DNA of 64,000 nt from Spirochaetota bacterium (GCA_963664815.2 CAXXHB010000003.1:1120001-1184000); one strand, 5' to 3'. Shown: positions 9,413-21,061, counted from the stretch's first letter. Notes: generated by a model not told the origin, from the letters alone. Translations and numbers: made by a program.

Positions 9413-11074
9413 ATGTATAACTTCAGCAAAAGTATTTTAAGAAAAAAAATTATCATAGCCCTGTCACTGTTTTGTGCTGTTCCGCTTATACTGCTTACAG
9501 AATGCGGAGGGCAGAGGATGGGGGGCAGCATGCTGCAAAAGGAGTATGCAAGGTCTGATAAAAAGGCTGCATCTATTGAAGGCGCAGCAGGCATGGCAGA
9601 TTATGAAAGTTTCACAAATTATCCTCAGCAGAAAAGTGATGACAGTGCTTATATTCAGCATAATACCGAGGAGTATGGAGTTGTCAACGAGAACCAGTTT
9701 AAAGGTACAAAGGATAATCCGCTATCCACTTTTTCGATAGATGTGGATACTGCTTCATATTCAAACATGAGAAGATTCATAACAATGAACCAGCTGCCTC
9801 CGAAGGATGCCGTAAGGATTGAAGAGATGATAAACTACTTCAGGTATTCATATCCTCAGCCGGATGGTGAACATCCGTTCTCTATTAATACAGAAATATC
9901 TGAAGCACCATGGAATAAGGATAACAGGCTTTTGCTTATCGGGATACAGGGGAAGTCGCTTAATTATAGCGATCTGAAACCATGTAACTTTGTGTTCCTT
10001 GTGGATTCATCAGGTTCGATGGCTGATGCTTCGAAACTGCCGCTGCTTAAGAAATCACTGGCGCTTATGCTGAAGGGTCTGAATAAAAAGGACAGGGTGG
10101 CAATTGTGGCCTATGCCGGATCGGCCGGGGTGGTTCTCCCATCCACGCCGGCGGGTGATAAGGACAGGATACTCGGAGCATTTGACAGCCTCAATGCCGG
10201 CGGATCAACTGCCGGAGGGGAGGGAATTATGCTTGCCTATAAGATTGCAAAAGAGAACCTGATTAAGGACGGCAATAACAGGGTGATTCTCTGTACGGAT
10301 GGTGATTTTAACGTAGGGGCATCGTCAACTGCAGAGATGGTAAGGATGATAGAGGAAAAAAGAAAAGATGATATCTATCTTACAATATGCGGTTTTGGTA
10401 TGGGGAACTACAAGGACAACAGGATGGAACAGATCAGTAACGCTGGAAACGGCAACTACTTCTACATAGATAATATTAAAGAGTCTGAAAAGGTATTTGT
10501 GAAGGAACTCCGTGCAAATATGTTTACTATTGCGAAGGATGTGAAAATCCAGATAGAGTTTAATCCTGTGAAAGTGAAATCATACAGGCTGATAGGGTAT
10601 GAAGACAGGATGCTGGCCAAAGAGGATTTTGATAATGACAAAAAGGATGCCGGTGAACTCGGAGCCGGCCATACAGTGACGGCTCTTTATGAGATTGTGC
10701 CTGCCGGAACGGAGAAGAGCGGTAATGACTCCGCTGAGTTAAGATACCAGGAGAGCAGGATAAAAAAAGAGGCCTCATCAGGAAACGAGATAATGGTTCT
10801 TAAAATGAGGTATAAACCTATTAAAGAAGACACCAGTAAACTTATTGTTAAGACAGTTATCGATGAGAATGTCAAATTTTCAGGAACATCGGCAAATTTC
10901 CGGTTTGCATCGGCAGTGGCAGGATTCGGAATGCTGCTTCGTGATTCAGAATTTAAAAGGGATCTAAAAGCCAAAGATATAATAAGAATAGCAAAAGAGG
11001 CTAAGGGTAAAGATGAAGAGGGTTACAGGGCGGAATTTATAGGACTTGTGGAAAAATACGCACTCCTGAAATAG
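9413..11074 (+). CDS. VWA domain protein, YfbK-like (vWF_A N-term + VWA + DUF3520), probable lipoprotein
   Basis: STFSIDVDTASY, VRIEEMINYF, MIDAS DSSGSM, TDGDFNVG, YRLIGYE. Confidence 0.93.
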   Translation: MYNFSKSILRKKIIIALSLFCAVPLILLTECGGQRMGGSMLQKEYARSDKKAASIEGAAGMADYESFTNYPQQKSDDSAYIQHNTEEYGVVNENQFKGTKDNPLSTFSIDVDTASYSNMRRFITMNQLPPKDAVRIEEMINYFRYSYPQPDGEHPFSINTEISEAPWNKDNRLLLIGIQGKSLNYSDLKPCNFVFLVDSSGSMADASKLPLLKKSLALMLKGLNKKDRVAIVAYAGSAGVVLPSTPAGDKDRILGAFDSLNAGGSTAGGEGIMLAYKIAKENLIKDGNNRVILCTDGDFNVGASSTAEMVRMIEEKRKDDIYLTICGFGMGNYKDNRMEQISNAGNGNYFYIDNIKESEKVFVKELRANMFTIAKDVKIQIEFNPVKVKSYRLIGYEDRMLAKEDFDNDKKDAGELGAGHTVTALYEIVPAGTEKSGNDSAELRYQESRIKKEASSGNEIMVLKMRYKPIKEDTSKLIVKTVIDENVKFSGTSANFRFASAVAGFGMLLRDSEFKRDLKAKDIIRIAKEAKGKDEEGYRAEFIGLVEKYALLK

Positions 11075-11268
11075 ATTTAATCTCAGTGGCTGTATTGTTG
11101 TCCGGAACTGAAGGAAATGAATACAGCCCTCCGTTTATTCTGATTCAAAAACATCTGAAAGGATATTAAAAAAATCTGGACGAATTGATGCACTTTGATA
11201 AATCTGATTTATATTGTTCAGTGGTTTGTTCATAAATTATATCAGACGAATTGAGCATGGGGGGAATT

Positions 11269-11898
11269 ATGCAGGATTACAACACTCTGATTATGTTTGC
11301 TGCGGCATCCATATTGCTGGCAATAGCTCCGGGACCGGACAATCTCTTTGTTCTCACTCAGTCGATGCTTTTTGGAAGGTCAGCCGGTTTTAAAATTACA
11401 ACGGGTCTTTGCACCGGACTGATATTTCATACCACTATAGTATCCCTCGGTGTTGCGGCGATTTTTCAGACATCACTCATAGCCTTTAATGTTCTCAAGT
11501 ATCTTGGGGCAGCATATCTGCTTTACCTGGCATATGGAGCATTCAGATCATCCTCATCGAAGCTGGAGGTGAAGGAGAGCGTAAAGCTTTCATCATGGAA
11601 TCTCTACAGGAGGGGAATAATAATGAACATAACCAATCCCAAGGTGTCTATTTTCTTTATGGCATTTCTGCCTCAGTTTACCGATTCTTCAAAGGGATCA
11701 ATAACGTTTCAGATGTTTCTCCTGGGATTTATATTCATTCTGTCGACAATATTAATATTCGGAATAATAAGCCTGCTCGCAGGAGCGGCAGGTAAACTTC
11801 TTTCCAGATCTGGAAAAGCAGACAGGACACTTAACCTCCTTGCCGGATCTGTATTTGCCGGGCTGGCTGTGAAGCTTGCCCTGACACAGCAGCGGTAA
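11269..11898 (+). CDS. LysE/RhtB family amino acid exporter
   Basis: APGPDN, GAAYLLYLA, NITNPK, FLPQF; ATG 11269 follows a GGGGGG RBS. Confidence 0.92.
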   Translation: MQDYNTLIMFAAASILLAIAPGPDNLFVLTQSMLFGRSAGFKITTGLCTGLIFHTTIVSLGVAAIFQTSLIAFNVLKYLGAAYLLYLAYGAFRSSSSKLEVKESVKLSSWNLYRRGIIMNITNPKVSIFFMAFLPQFTDSSKGSITFQMFLLGFIFILSTILIFGIISLLAGAAGKLLSRSGKADRTLNLLAGSVFAGLAVKLALTQQR

Positions 11899-11926
11899 AA
11901 AAGAATCGAATAAGCGGGGATATAAA

Positions 11927-12259
11927 ATGAAACTTCGAATTGCTTATATAATAATTACAGTTGCTGTCATGTCGGCGCCCTTTTTTTCAGGATGTTTAAG
12001 GAGTGTCGGGAAGTGTACTTATGGTAAAGAACCTGCACAGCATGGTAAGCTTGTTGTTAAATCAGTGGAAAAAATTTATTCTGATAAACGGACATTTTAC
12101 AGGGTGCATGTTGATGGTTTCTTTAAGCGGGATTTCATATATTCCGAAGATGAATTTTTTAAAAAGTTTACTTCAAAGGGCTATAAATCCGGTTCTTATA
12201 TTGAAGGAAATATTATTTCAGGGGGCCCATGCCCACCTGCATACAGTATCACTGATTAG
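11927..12259 (+). CDS. Hypothetical lipoprotein
   Basis: Signal peptide with lipobox-like FSGC; RBS GGGGA. Confidence 0.65.
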   Translation: MKLRIAYIIITVAVMSAPFFSGCLRSVGKCTYGKEPAQHGKLVVKSVEKIYSDKRTFYRVHVDGFFKRDFIYSEDEFFKKFTSKGYKSGSYIEGNIISGGPCPPAYSITD

Positions 12260-12640
12260 TCGGAACCGCCTTAATAAATACCATGGAATCCGTAAAGTTA
12301 ACATAACCAGTCATTAATACGCAGCAGATCAGACTCTCCTGACAGTTGCTGATACCGGCAATGAAGATTAAAAAATCCTATAAATCCTGCAATACTTCGG
12401 TATATCTGGTCCATTCTCTATAACATATTTGTAAATTTATTAATTGAGATGAAATCATTGTTTTTAAACAGATTGGAATTTGTTCAAAACTGAGGTTTTA
12501 AAGCGATAATAGTATTTTTTTCATAAAATATTATTATTTTTTCAATAATAAATACACTTTGAATCAATAACTGATTATATTCCATAAAATTAAAACATAT
12601 ACTGAACGTGAATAGATGTTTTAAGAACAGCAGGTATTAT

Positions 12641-12964
12641 ATGGCTATATTATCATGTACAAGGAAAAATAATTCTTTTCATGTGTCTTTTGGAACTGAT
12701 ACATCAATACACAATGCATCAAGGATAAAGTCCGCCCTGTCAAAATTATTCACTTATCCGGTGGAAAGCTACCATATGGATCTTTCGGCAGTAACAGATA
12801 CTGACATAACCTTTATACAGCTGCTTTTTGCTTTTAATGAGAAGGCAAAGAAGCTTAATCGAAAAATGATCATTCTTGATCTTCCACGGGAATCGAAATT
12901 TATTTTTACTGCTTCAGAGTGTGGTGTTGACGTGAAAAGTTTATTCGAAATTAAGGATGGATGA
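12641..12964 (+). CDS. STAS-domain protein of the chemotaxis operon
   Basis: DLSAVTDTDITFIQLL STAS signature; ATGA overlap with cheA. Confidence 0.8.
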   Translation: MAILSCTRKNNSFHVSFGTDTSIHNASRIKSALSKLFTYPVESYHMDLSAVTDTDITFIQLLFAFNEKAKKLNRKMIILDLPRESKFIFTASECGVDVKSLFEIKDG

Positions 12965-15003
12965 TGATGGAACTTGAAACGATAAAAGAAGTTTTTAAAG
13001 AAGAAGCCCAGGAACTTCTTGCCCAGATTGATATCCCCCTTATGGAACTTGAAAAAACCCCGGATAACTGTGAACTTATAAATACCATATTCAGAACTCT
13101 GCACACAATCAAGGGTTCTGGAAGCATGTGCGGCTATGATGAACTGGCAAGGTTCACGCACAATCTTGAAAGTGTTTTTGACAGCATGAGAAAAGGTGAG
13201 TTAAAACCGGATCGTAAAATCATAGGGCTTACGCTTAAAGCCAAGGATTGTATAAGGACTCTCCTTGACGGGATGGACACCATGGACGACAGCAATCTGA
13301 GGAATGAAATACTTGAGGAACTGAAAGAAATTACAGAGGGACAGATTTCAGATGTTGAAGAGAGTACGGTATTACAGGAAGCGGAGGCAACGATCTCAGT
13401 TCCGGAAACAGTATCTACCGGAAGAGAACATTACAAAATTATATTTATGCCGGCACCCGATATATTTTTAAAAACAATGAAGATTGAGCCGCTACTGGAC
13501 GAACTGTCAACTCTCGGTGAATGCAACATAAGAATTGATATTGATTCAATACCGGATTTCGACGAGCTGGAACCTGAGCACTGTTATTTAAACTGGATTA
13601 TTGATCTTTATACGGACAAGGGTATCGGATCTATCAGGAATGTATTCATTTTTGCGGAGGATTATTCTGAACTTGTTATTAAAGCGTCTAATGGATTCTA
13701 TGTAAATAACGCATTTTTTCAGAAGCGTGATGTTCCTGTCCCGGAGGAGGTGGAAGCCGGTAAGATTTATGAAAGGCCGTCAAGGAGAGCTGAGGACAGA
13801 ATTGCAACTGACAGACGGAAAGGAGACAAGACTTCTATCCGGGTTAAAAATGAAAAGCTTGATACGCTTGTAAACGTTGTCGGTGAACTTGTTACTTTAC
13901 AGGCAAGGTTAAACCAGGAATCAATAAAATCCAGACAACCTGAGTTTGTCTCCATCGCGGAAAATCTCGGGAGATTGACCGATGAACTTCGCGACAGTAC
14001 AATGAGTATAAGAATGGTGCCGCTGGCGGACACCTTTAACGGTTTCCAGAGACTGATATATGACCTTTCTGCTGCATTGAATAAAAAAATAAAACTCGTT
14101 ACAACAGGCGGAGAAACCGAGCTTGACAAGAATGTTATGGAAGGGCTTCGCGATCCGCTGATGCACCTTGTAAGAAACTCTGCTGATCATGGGATTGAAT
14201 CTCCGGCAGTCAGGAAAGAGGCCGGCAAAGATGAAACCGGTACTGTAGGTCTTATTGCGGAATATGCAGGTTCCAATGTTAAAATAAGGATTTCTGATGA
14301 TGGAGCCGGTTTAAACAGGGAGAAGATCAGGAAGATGGCAATGGAAAAGGGGCTGATAGGTGCCGGAGATTACGATGACAGGCAGATAATTAACCTGATC
14401 TTTGAACCCGGTTTTTCAACGGCTGAAGTTACTACAGACATCTCAGGACGCGGAGTGGGAATGGATGTAGTGAAACGCAACATTGAAAAACTGAGGGGTA
14501 GTGTTGATGTTGAAAGCAGCGATGGATCGGGTACTACTGTTATTCTTACAATCCCGCTTACCCTTGCAATAATTGACGGCTTTATGGTTGAGCTTGGCGG
14601 AGGGCTTTTTATCCTTAATTTATCTAATGTAAGGGAGTGTCTTGATTATTCGGAAGTATCACGGGAGGATGGAAACGGACAGTTTGTTATTAATCTGCGC
14701 GGTGATATTATACCATGCGTTGATCTACGGACAGTGTTTAAAATCAGAGGTGAAAAATCAGAGTATCCTCATATTGTCGTTACTGAGATCGATAATATCA
14801 GGTACGGTTTTCTTGTGGACAGGGTAATCGGGAAATACCAGACCGTAGTAAAACCACTGGCCAAGGGTAGCCATAACCGGGATATGATAGCAGGAGCTAC
14901 CATACTCGGCGATGGATCAGTGGCGCTGATACTCGATGCGGCTGCGATTGTAAAAGACATGATAAGCTCTGCCGGAGAGAAGGGTAATAGTTACTATCAG
15001 TAA
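12961..15003 (+). CDS. cheA: Chemotaxis histidine kinase CheA
   Basis: Hpt FRTLHTIKGS; HLVRNSADHGIE; GFST...SGRGVGMDVV; C-terminal CheW domain. Confidence 0.97.
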   Translation: MMMELETIKEVFKEEAQELLAQIDIPLMELEKTPDNCELINTIFRTLHTIKGSGSMCGYDELARFTHNLESVFDSMRKGELKPDRKIIGLTLKAKDCIRTLLDGMDTMDDSNLRNEILEELKEITEGQISDVEESTVLQEAEATISVPETVSTGREHYKIIFMPAPDIFLKTMKIEPLLDELSTLGECNIRIDIDSIPDFDELEPEHCYLNWIIDLYTDKGIGSIRNVFIFAEDYSELVIKASNGFYVNNAFFQKRDVPVPEEVEAGKIYERPSRRAEDRIATDRRKGDKTSIRVKNEKLDTLVNVVGELVTLQARLNQESIKSRQPEFVSIAENLGRLTDELRDSTMSIRMVPLADTFNGFQRLIYDLSAALNKKIKLVTTGGETELDKNVMEGLRDPLMHLVRNSADHGIESPAVRKEAGKDETGTVGLIAEYAGSNVKIRISDDGAGLNREKIRKMAMEKGLIGAGDYDDRQIINLIFEPGFSTAEVTTDISGRGVGMDVVKRNIEKLRGSVDVESSDGSGTTVILTIPLTLAIIDGFMVELGGGLFILNLSNVRECLDYSEVSREDGNGQFVINLRGDIIPCVDLRTVFKIRGEKSEYPHIVVTEIDNIRYGFLVDRVIGKYQTVVKPLAKGSHNRDMIAGATILGDGSVALILDAAAIVKDMISSAGEKGNSYYQ

Positions 15004-15196
15004 CAGGTTAATTGATGGTTATCAGTAAAACTGAAGTATCGGCAGGTCGCAAAATTGAATAATATGTCATGAGAGTTACAGTAAAATCATGATGACATCT
15101 TACTCTCACGGGCCGGGAGTGAGATGCGGATCTTTGAATATTCTGAAGTCTCAAATGTAAGTGTTCATTATAAGTTAATTAAAACGGGAGGGAAGT

Positions 15197-16807
15197 ATGA
15201 AATTGGGAATAAGAGGAAAGCTGCTGTCAACATTCATATTGACGGCGATTGTCACGCTTATAGTCGGAATTATCGGCTACTACAGCACAAACAAGATTAA
15301 TGGTTTGCTCAATAATTTATATACGGTAAACATTGAAGGTATAAAATTCGCGGGTGATCTTGAAAACAAGGGACTGGCATTAAGAGTAAGCATACTCAAG
15401 CATATGACAGTGCCTACACTTGAGGAAAAGCTGGTGCACGAGAAAGATATAGAGAATATTTACAGCGGATATTTAAAGATTATTGAACAGTATAAGATGA
15501 TAGCCCGCACGCCAAGGGAAAAAGAGATGGCTGATACTCTTGAAACATCTATAAAGGCATATAAAGAAGCGGTGAACAGGGTGCTTCCGTTTTCAAGAGC
15601 AGGAAAAATTGATGAAGTAAATAAAATTGTTACTATTGCTGCACCTATTTTTACTGAGAAAATCGGTCCCTCGCTTAAAGAACTTGTAAAAATCAACAAT
15701 GAACAGTCAAAAATGGCATATGAAAACAGCAATGCAGTTTCCGGAATGATTGCAATTGTCATGATAATTTCTATTATTGCAGCAATATGTCTGTCAATTG
15801 TAGTATCATTGATACTGACCCGTTCCATAATGAATGTGGTCAAAAGCATTGAAGTGACTTCTGACAATGTGAGTTCAGGTACTGAACAGATATCTTCATC
15901 GTCAGAACAGCTGTCACAAGGGGCGAATGAACAGGCTGCCAGTGTTGAGGAGATATCCTCGGCAATTGAAGAGATGACAGCAACAATAAGGCAGAATGCC
16001 GATAACGCCGGGCAGACCGAGAGAATAGCGTCAAAGAGCGCCAATGATGCGAAGGAGAGCGGTGAGGCTATGCGCCATACGGTAAATGCGATGAAGAATA
16101 TTGCAGATAAAATTTCAATCATACAGGAGATCGCACGTCAGACAAACCTTCTGTCACTTAATGCCTCAATAGAGGCGGCGAGAGCCGGAGAACATGGACG
16201 GGGTTTTGCTGTTGTGGCCAGTGAAGTACAGAAACTGGCTGAAAGAAGCCAGGTGGCCGCCGGGGAGATAAGTGTCCTTTCCGGATCAAGCGTCGAGATT
16301 GCGGAGAAAGCGGGCGAGATGCTTGCAAAGCTGGTTCCTGATATACAGAAGACATCCGAGCTTGTTGCGGAAATAAATGCGGCAAGCAGTGAACAGGCTA
16401 ACGGGGCTCAGCAGATCAATATTGCGGTCCAGCAGCTCAACAGCGTTGTGCAGCAGAATGCTTCCGGCGCCGAGGAACTGGCGGCGACAGCAGAGGAACT
16501 TACTGCTCAGACGGTATTTATGCAGGAATCGGTTAACTACCTTAAAACCGGTGAAAAGAACAAAACCGGTAATGATGCGCCCCAGCGACAGATGCAGGGT
16601 GTATATCATGCAAATCCGCATATAGTAAAGGCTCATGGCGATATACTTCATGGAAATAAAACACCACTTAATGCTGATAACAGTAATGGCAAGGGTAAGG
16701 GTAACGGAAACGGCACGCATATACTGCACCCGGGGAAGCATAACGGTGGTGGTGTGTCATTAAATCTTGGAGACTCCGAAGACTCGGATTTCGAAAGGAT
16801 AAATTAG
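15197..16807 (+). CDS. Methyl-accepting chemotaxis protein (4-helix-bundle sensor)
   Basis: 2 TM segments; [33 protein letters not shown]; flexible tail ending DFERIN. Confidence 0.96.
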   Translation: MKLGIRGKLLSTFILTAIVTLIVGIIGYYSTNKINGLLNNLYTVNIEGIKFAGDLENKGLALRVSILKHMTVPTLEEKLVHEKDIENIYSGYLKIIEQYKMIARTPREKEMADTLETSIKAYKEAVNRVLPFSRAGKIDEVNKIVTIAAPIFTEKIGPSLKELVKINNEQSKMAYENSNAVSGMIAIVMIISIIAAICLSIVVSLILTRSIMNVVKSIEVTSDNVSSGTEQISSSSEQLSQGANEQAASVEEISSAIEEMTATIRQNADNAGQTERIASKSANDAKESGEAMRHTVNAMKNIADKISIIQEIARQTNLLSLNASIEAARAGEHGRGFAVVASEVQKLAERSQVAAGEISVLSGSSVEIAEKAGEMLAKLVPDIQKTSELVAEINAASSEQANGAQQINIAVQQLNSVVQQNASGAEELAATAEELTAQTVFMQESVNYLKTGEKNKTGNDAPQRQMQGVYHANPHIVKAHGDILHGNKTPLNADNSNGKGKGNGNGTHILHPGKHNGGGVSLNLGDSEDSDFERIN

Positions 16808-16817
16808 GGGGGAATTT

Positions 16818-17366
16818 ATGAATAGTGAAATGCGGAATGAAGGGGCTCAATATCTGTCATTTCTCCTTGACGGCAAGATTTTTGCTTTCGACGTTTTGAA
16901 GACAAGAGAGGTTCTTTCGTATACAAATATTACTCCTATACCATGCACACCGGTTTATGTGGCTGGTGTACTAAACTTGCGGGGGAGTGTTGTAACGGTA
17001 ATGAACTTCAGGACAAAGTTCGGCATGAGCAATGCCCCTGTTACTGATGACAGCGCGATAATTATTGTTGAGGCGAATTACGATGATGAGATGGTCGTTG
17101 TCGGTGCGCTTGTAGATGCCGTAAAAGGTGTGCTCCGTTTTGAAGCCGGGCAGATTGAACCTCCACCCAGGGTGGGAATGAAGCTGAGCACTGAACTTAT
17201 TAATGGTATTGGAAAGCGGAATGATGAATTTGTAATAATTCTCAATGTTGATAAAGCATTTTCAGAGGAGGATCTTCTTATCGCAAAAGATGCGGTAGAA
17301 ACCCCCGGAGTTTTTGAAAATGAAAATATGGTGGAAAACGAAGTTGGAGCGGTAAATACACTTTAG
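16818..17366 (+). CDS. cheW: CheW coupling protein
   Basis: YLSFLL, GVLNLRGSVV, GALVDAV. Confidence 0.95.
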   Translation: MNSEMRNEGAQYLSFLLDGKIFAFDVLKTREVLSYTNITPIPCTPVYVAGVLNLRGSVVTVMNFRTKFGMSNAPVTDDSAIIIVEANYDDEMVVVGALVDAVKGVLRFEAGQIEPPPRVGMKLSTELINGIGKRNDEFVIILNVDKAFSEEDLLIAKDAVETPGVFENENMVENEVGAVNTL

Positions 17367-17696
17367 AGAACAGAATGTAAAATAGTGAATAAAAATTTAA
17401 AATTTTCAATGTTTCAACCACTCGGTATGTATTTGGTGCAGTGATTGAAAACTGATTGTCGGCATTCACGTACGATGGAGTTGATTGTTGTATGGACGTG
17501 TGATGGGATTTATAGACTCATTGTTATGGTACATCATTAAAAACTGCAGTAACATAAAATGAGTTATTCAGTGTGGATTATATATAATATCAGATAAATA
17601 ATTTTACACTAAACATATGGCAGGGGATTTACGTTGGTAATTTAATAACAGGGTGCATCTATTCAGCTGTTTGAAGCAGAACAAGGTAATAATACG

Positions 17697-18548
17697 ATGA
17701 ATGGTTTTGAAATCGAAATGACAGAAAGAGAGAGAATCGAGATAAGCTCATTAATAGAAACGCATTTCGGTATTAAGATGCCACCAATTAAAAAGGTGCT
17801 ATTAACAAGCCGTTTGTCAAAACGGCTGCATGCCCTTGGACTGAAAAGCTATAATGAATATTACAAATATATAACTGAAGAGAAGGGGGACAGAGAGGAG
17901 TTTCACATTTTTGCCGATCTCGTTTCGACACATGAAACGAGTTTTTTCCGGGAACCACAGCACTTCGAGTTTCTTTATAAAACCGCTCTTCCCCAGGTGA
18001 TTGAAAGCAGGGGGACAGGTGCAAAAAATCAGTTAAGGGTTCTCAGCTGCGCGTGTTCAACCGGAGAAGAGGCATATACAATATCTGTTACGATTGAGGA
18101 ATTTATAAGAAACAATGAACTTAAATATTTTACATATAGAATAACAGGAACAGATATATCAAAGAATGTTGTGGATGTTGCTGCAAGAGGTGTGTATCAT
18201 GAGTCGCGGATTTTTAATGTTCCTCATGAATACAAACAGAGGTACTTCATGAAGGGGAAGGGGAGTAAAAGCGAGCTTGTAAGGGTTATTCCAAGGATGA
18301 GATCATCTGCCGAGTTTTACTACATGAATCTCATGGAGGAGACATATCCCTTTACGGATACGTTTGATATAATTTTTTTTCGTAACGCGATGATATATTT
18401 TGACAGGGAAAACCAGGAAAAGATATTAAAACGCCTGTCTTCATATATGAACAAAGGCGGGTTTCTCATGATAGGACATTCCGAAACAATGTCAGGTTAT
18501 AATCTGCCCCTCCGCTGCGTGGCAACAGCAGTATACAGGAGGCTGTGA
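17697..18548 (+). CDS. cheR: CheR methyltransferase
   Basis: THETSFFRE, ACSTGEEAY, GTDIS, RNAMIYF, IGHSE. Confidence 0.96.
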   Translation: MNGFEIEMTERERIEISSLIETHFGIKMPPIKKVLLTSRLSKRLHALGLKSYNEYYKYITEEKGDREEFHIFADLVSTHETSFFREPQHFEFLYKTALPQVIESRGTGAKNQLRVLSCACSTGEEAYTISVTIEEFIRNNELKYFTYRITGTDISKNVVDVAARGVYHESRIFNVPHEYKQRYFMKGKGSKSELVRVIPRMRSSAEFYYMNLMEETYPFTDTFDIIFFRNAMIYFDRENQEKILKRLSSYMNKGGFLMIGHSETMSGYNLPLRCVATAVYRRL

Positions 18549-19114
18549 TGAATATTAAAACAAGAAATAATGAGCATTATTTTCTCAATCCCGGAGAGCT
18601 GATAGTTACATCACGTGGTATGCCGGTAATAACAATTCTCGGTTCGTGTGTTGCAATTACAGTTTTTTCTCCCGAAAAAAAGACAGGAGCTATTTTTCAT
18701 GCAATGCTTCCGGAACACAGAAATAAATCCATGGTAATCAGCAATTCTCCGCCTGTATCACCGGGCTCGGATTATGTCGATTATGCTTTCTATTATGTGC
18801 GTGAAAAATTCCGTCAAAAAGGTATAAATTTTAAAACGGCTAAGTTCATGCTCTTTGGAGGCGGGGATGTAATTTATTCAGTATCTCAACAGGGATGGTC
18901 ATCAATCGGTTCTCAAAATATAAATATGGCAAAAAAGCTGATTGAGAACGAGGGAGTTTCGCTTCATGGTGAAGATACCGGAGGTAAAAACGGAAGGAAA
19001 CTTACATTTTTTCCGGATGCCGGGAAAGTATATCTGGAATACCTTAACAACAACAGGCAGTATCATAAAATGGTTAAAAGAAATGGAACGGAAGACCAGG
19101 GTTCTTATAGTTGA
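18545..19114 (+). CDS. cheD: CheD glutamine deamidase
   Basis: TILGSCVA (catalytic Cys), HAMLP, FGGG, EDTGG. Confidence 0.92.
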   Translation: MMNIKTRNNEHYFLNPGELIVTSRGMPVITILGSCVAITVFSPEKKTGAIFHAMLPEHRNKSMVISNSPPVSPGSDYVDYAFYYVREKFRQKGINFKTAKFMLFGGGDVIYSVSQQGWSSIGSQNINMAKKLIENEGVSLHGEDTGGKNGRKLTFFPDAGKVYLEYLNNNRQYHKMVKRNGTEDQGSYS

Positions 19115-20162
19115 TGATTCGGCTGTGGTGAGGCAGACTATCAGTTCTCTGCTGTCTGCTGAAAGTGATATAGAGATAATGGCTACCGCTTCAGATCCAT
19201 TCTACGCTGCTGAAAAGATGGCCGGTCAGGTTCCGGATGTGATAATACTGGATCTGGAAATGCCGAGAATGGACGGGCTCACATTTTTAAAAAAGATTAT
19301 GGAACAGCATCCTATTCCGGTAATTATATGTTCCAGCCTCGTGGATCAGGGGTCCGATTCCGCGATGAAGGCGTTGCAGTATGGGGCGGTTGATATTATC
19401 ACAAAACCTAAAATGGGGACAAGGGAGTTCCTTGAAGAGTCGAGAATCCATATTGTCGATATTGTGCGCGCCGCATCCGCTGCTAATCTGAAAAAGCTGG
19501 TTAAAAACAGTCAGGTGGAAACAACGCCCAAGTATACAGCTGATGTTGTTATACCATTAATAAAAAAATCTGCGCTTACCGAAACTACCGATAAAGTAAT
19601 AGTGGTCGGTGCATCGACCGGAGGAACAGAGGCATTAAGGGAGTTTCTCTGCCAGCTGCCTCTTGATACCGCCGGGGTTGTTGTAGTTCAGCATATGCCG
19701 GAAAATTTTACCAGGGCATTTGCCGAACGCCTTGATCAGCTGTGCGATATTAAGGTCAAAGAGGCAAAAAACGGTGATTCTGTTCTCAGAGGGCAGGCTC
19801 TTATAGCGCCGGGGAATTTTCATACCCTCCTGAAAAGGAGCGGGGCACAGTACTATGTTGAAGTAAAAGACGGTCCTCTTGTTACGAGGCACAGGCCGTC
19901 AGTTGATGTCCTGTTCCGTTCAACGGCATATCATGCAGGGAAAAACGCAGTAGGCGTAATAATGACCGGAATGGGTGATGATGGTGCCAGGGGAATGAAG
20001 GAAATGAAGGATGCCGGTGCGTATAACATAGCTCAGGATGAAGAATCATGCGTGGTTTTCGGAATGCCGAAAGAAGCTATAAAGCTCAACGCTGTTGATA
20101 AGGTGCTGCCGCTGTCACGCATAGCAAGAGCTGTGTCTGAACATGTGCAGATATCATCATAA
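19083..20162 (+). CDS. cheB: CheB methylesterase (receiver + esterase)
   Basis: [37 protein letters not shown]; likely start ATG 19083. Confidence 0.97.
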   Translation: MERKTRVLIVDDSAVVRQTISSLLSAESDIEIMATASDPFYAAEKMAGQVPDVIILDLEMPRMDGLTFLKKIMEQHPIPVIICSSLVDQGSDSAMKALQYGAVDIITKPKMGTREFLEESRIHIVDIVRAASAANLKKLVKNSQVETTPKYTADVVIPLIKKSALTETTDKVIVVGASTGGTEALREFLCQLPLDTAGVVVVQHMPENFTRAFAERLDQLCDIKVKEAKNGDSVLRGQALIAPGNFHTLLKRSGAQYYVEVKDGPLVTRHRPSVDVLFRSTAYHAGKNAVGVIMTGMGDDGARGMKEMKDAGAYNIAQDEESCVVFGMPKEAIKLNAVDKVLPLSRIARAVSEHVQISS

Positions 20163-20307
20163 ATTCATGAGTTCTCTCCGGAGTTTATATGCCGGCTGAG
20201 ATTATGATTTTAACTATTCCTTCATTTTGTTTGAGGCAAAACATGTTTTAATGAAATAGCTATAACCGCTTGAGTTTAAAAAATAATTTTTATCCGGAAA
20301 GTACTGA

Positions 20308-20336
20308 TTGACATTGTTATGGATTTACTTTAATAT
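20308..20336 (+). promoter_or_regulatory. Sigma70-type promoter for the cyclase gene
   Basis: TTGACA-17bp-TAATAT. Confidence 0.6.
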
Positions 20337-20431
20337 TATTAAATATATTCCAATCTGTAATGGCTTTATAATTATCAGTACAAAACATAAGCTTAACAGA
20401 TAAAAACAATTTTAAAGGGCGGAGGGAAAAA

Positions 20432-21061
20432 ATGTCTTATCGTCATGTAATAGGTGTGGGAGCGTCTGAGGACAGGCTTGAAAAGCTTATACAGGAAAGA
20501 TTAAAGCCTGGTGCGGATAAGGAAAAAGTTGATCGGAGAATCTGGGATCTCTTCGGTGAAGACTGGTGTGTAATGTTTACTGATCTTTCCGGTTTTTCAA
20601 GAGGCGTTGCAAAGTTCGGAATCATACATTTTCTCCAGACAATTTTTGAATCCGAGCGGCTGCTTATACCTGTAATTGAGGATCACGACGGAATTCTTCT
20701 TAAAGCGGAGGGTGACAGCCTTCTGGTAATATACAGAAATGTGGATAAAGCAATACAATGCAGTCTGAGGATGCATGATGTGCTTATTGAATATAACAGA
20801 GATAAGGCTCCGGAAGAGCAGATACTTCTTTGTATAGGGCTTGGCTATGGGAAGGTACTGCGAATAGGAGATCAGGATGTTTTTGGTTCCGAGGTTAATG
20901 CAGCGAGTAAACTTGGTGAAGACACAGCTGAGGCGTGGGAGATTCTTATTACTGACAGTGTTAAAAATAAAGCTGAAGTAATTCCGGGTATACAGTTTGA
21001 GGAACTTCAGGATGCGCCTCCCGGAGCAGATAAAGCATATAAAATAATTATTAAAAAATAA
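20432..21061 (+). CDS. Stand-alone class III adenylate/guanylate cyclase
   Basis: MFTDLSGFS, KAEGDSLL, IGLGYG, DVFGSEVNAASKL. Confidence 0.9.
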   Translation: MSYRHVIGVGASEDRLEKLIQERLKPGADKEKVDRRIWDLFGEDWCVMFTDLSGFSRGVAKFGIIHFLQTIFESERLLIPVIEDHDGILLKAEGDSLLVIYRNVDKAIQCSLRMHDVLIEYNRDKAPEEQILLCIGLGYGKVLRIGDQDVFGSEVNAASKLGEDTAEAWEILITDSVKNKAEVIPGIQFEELQDAPPGADKAYKIIIKK

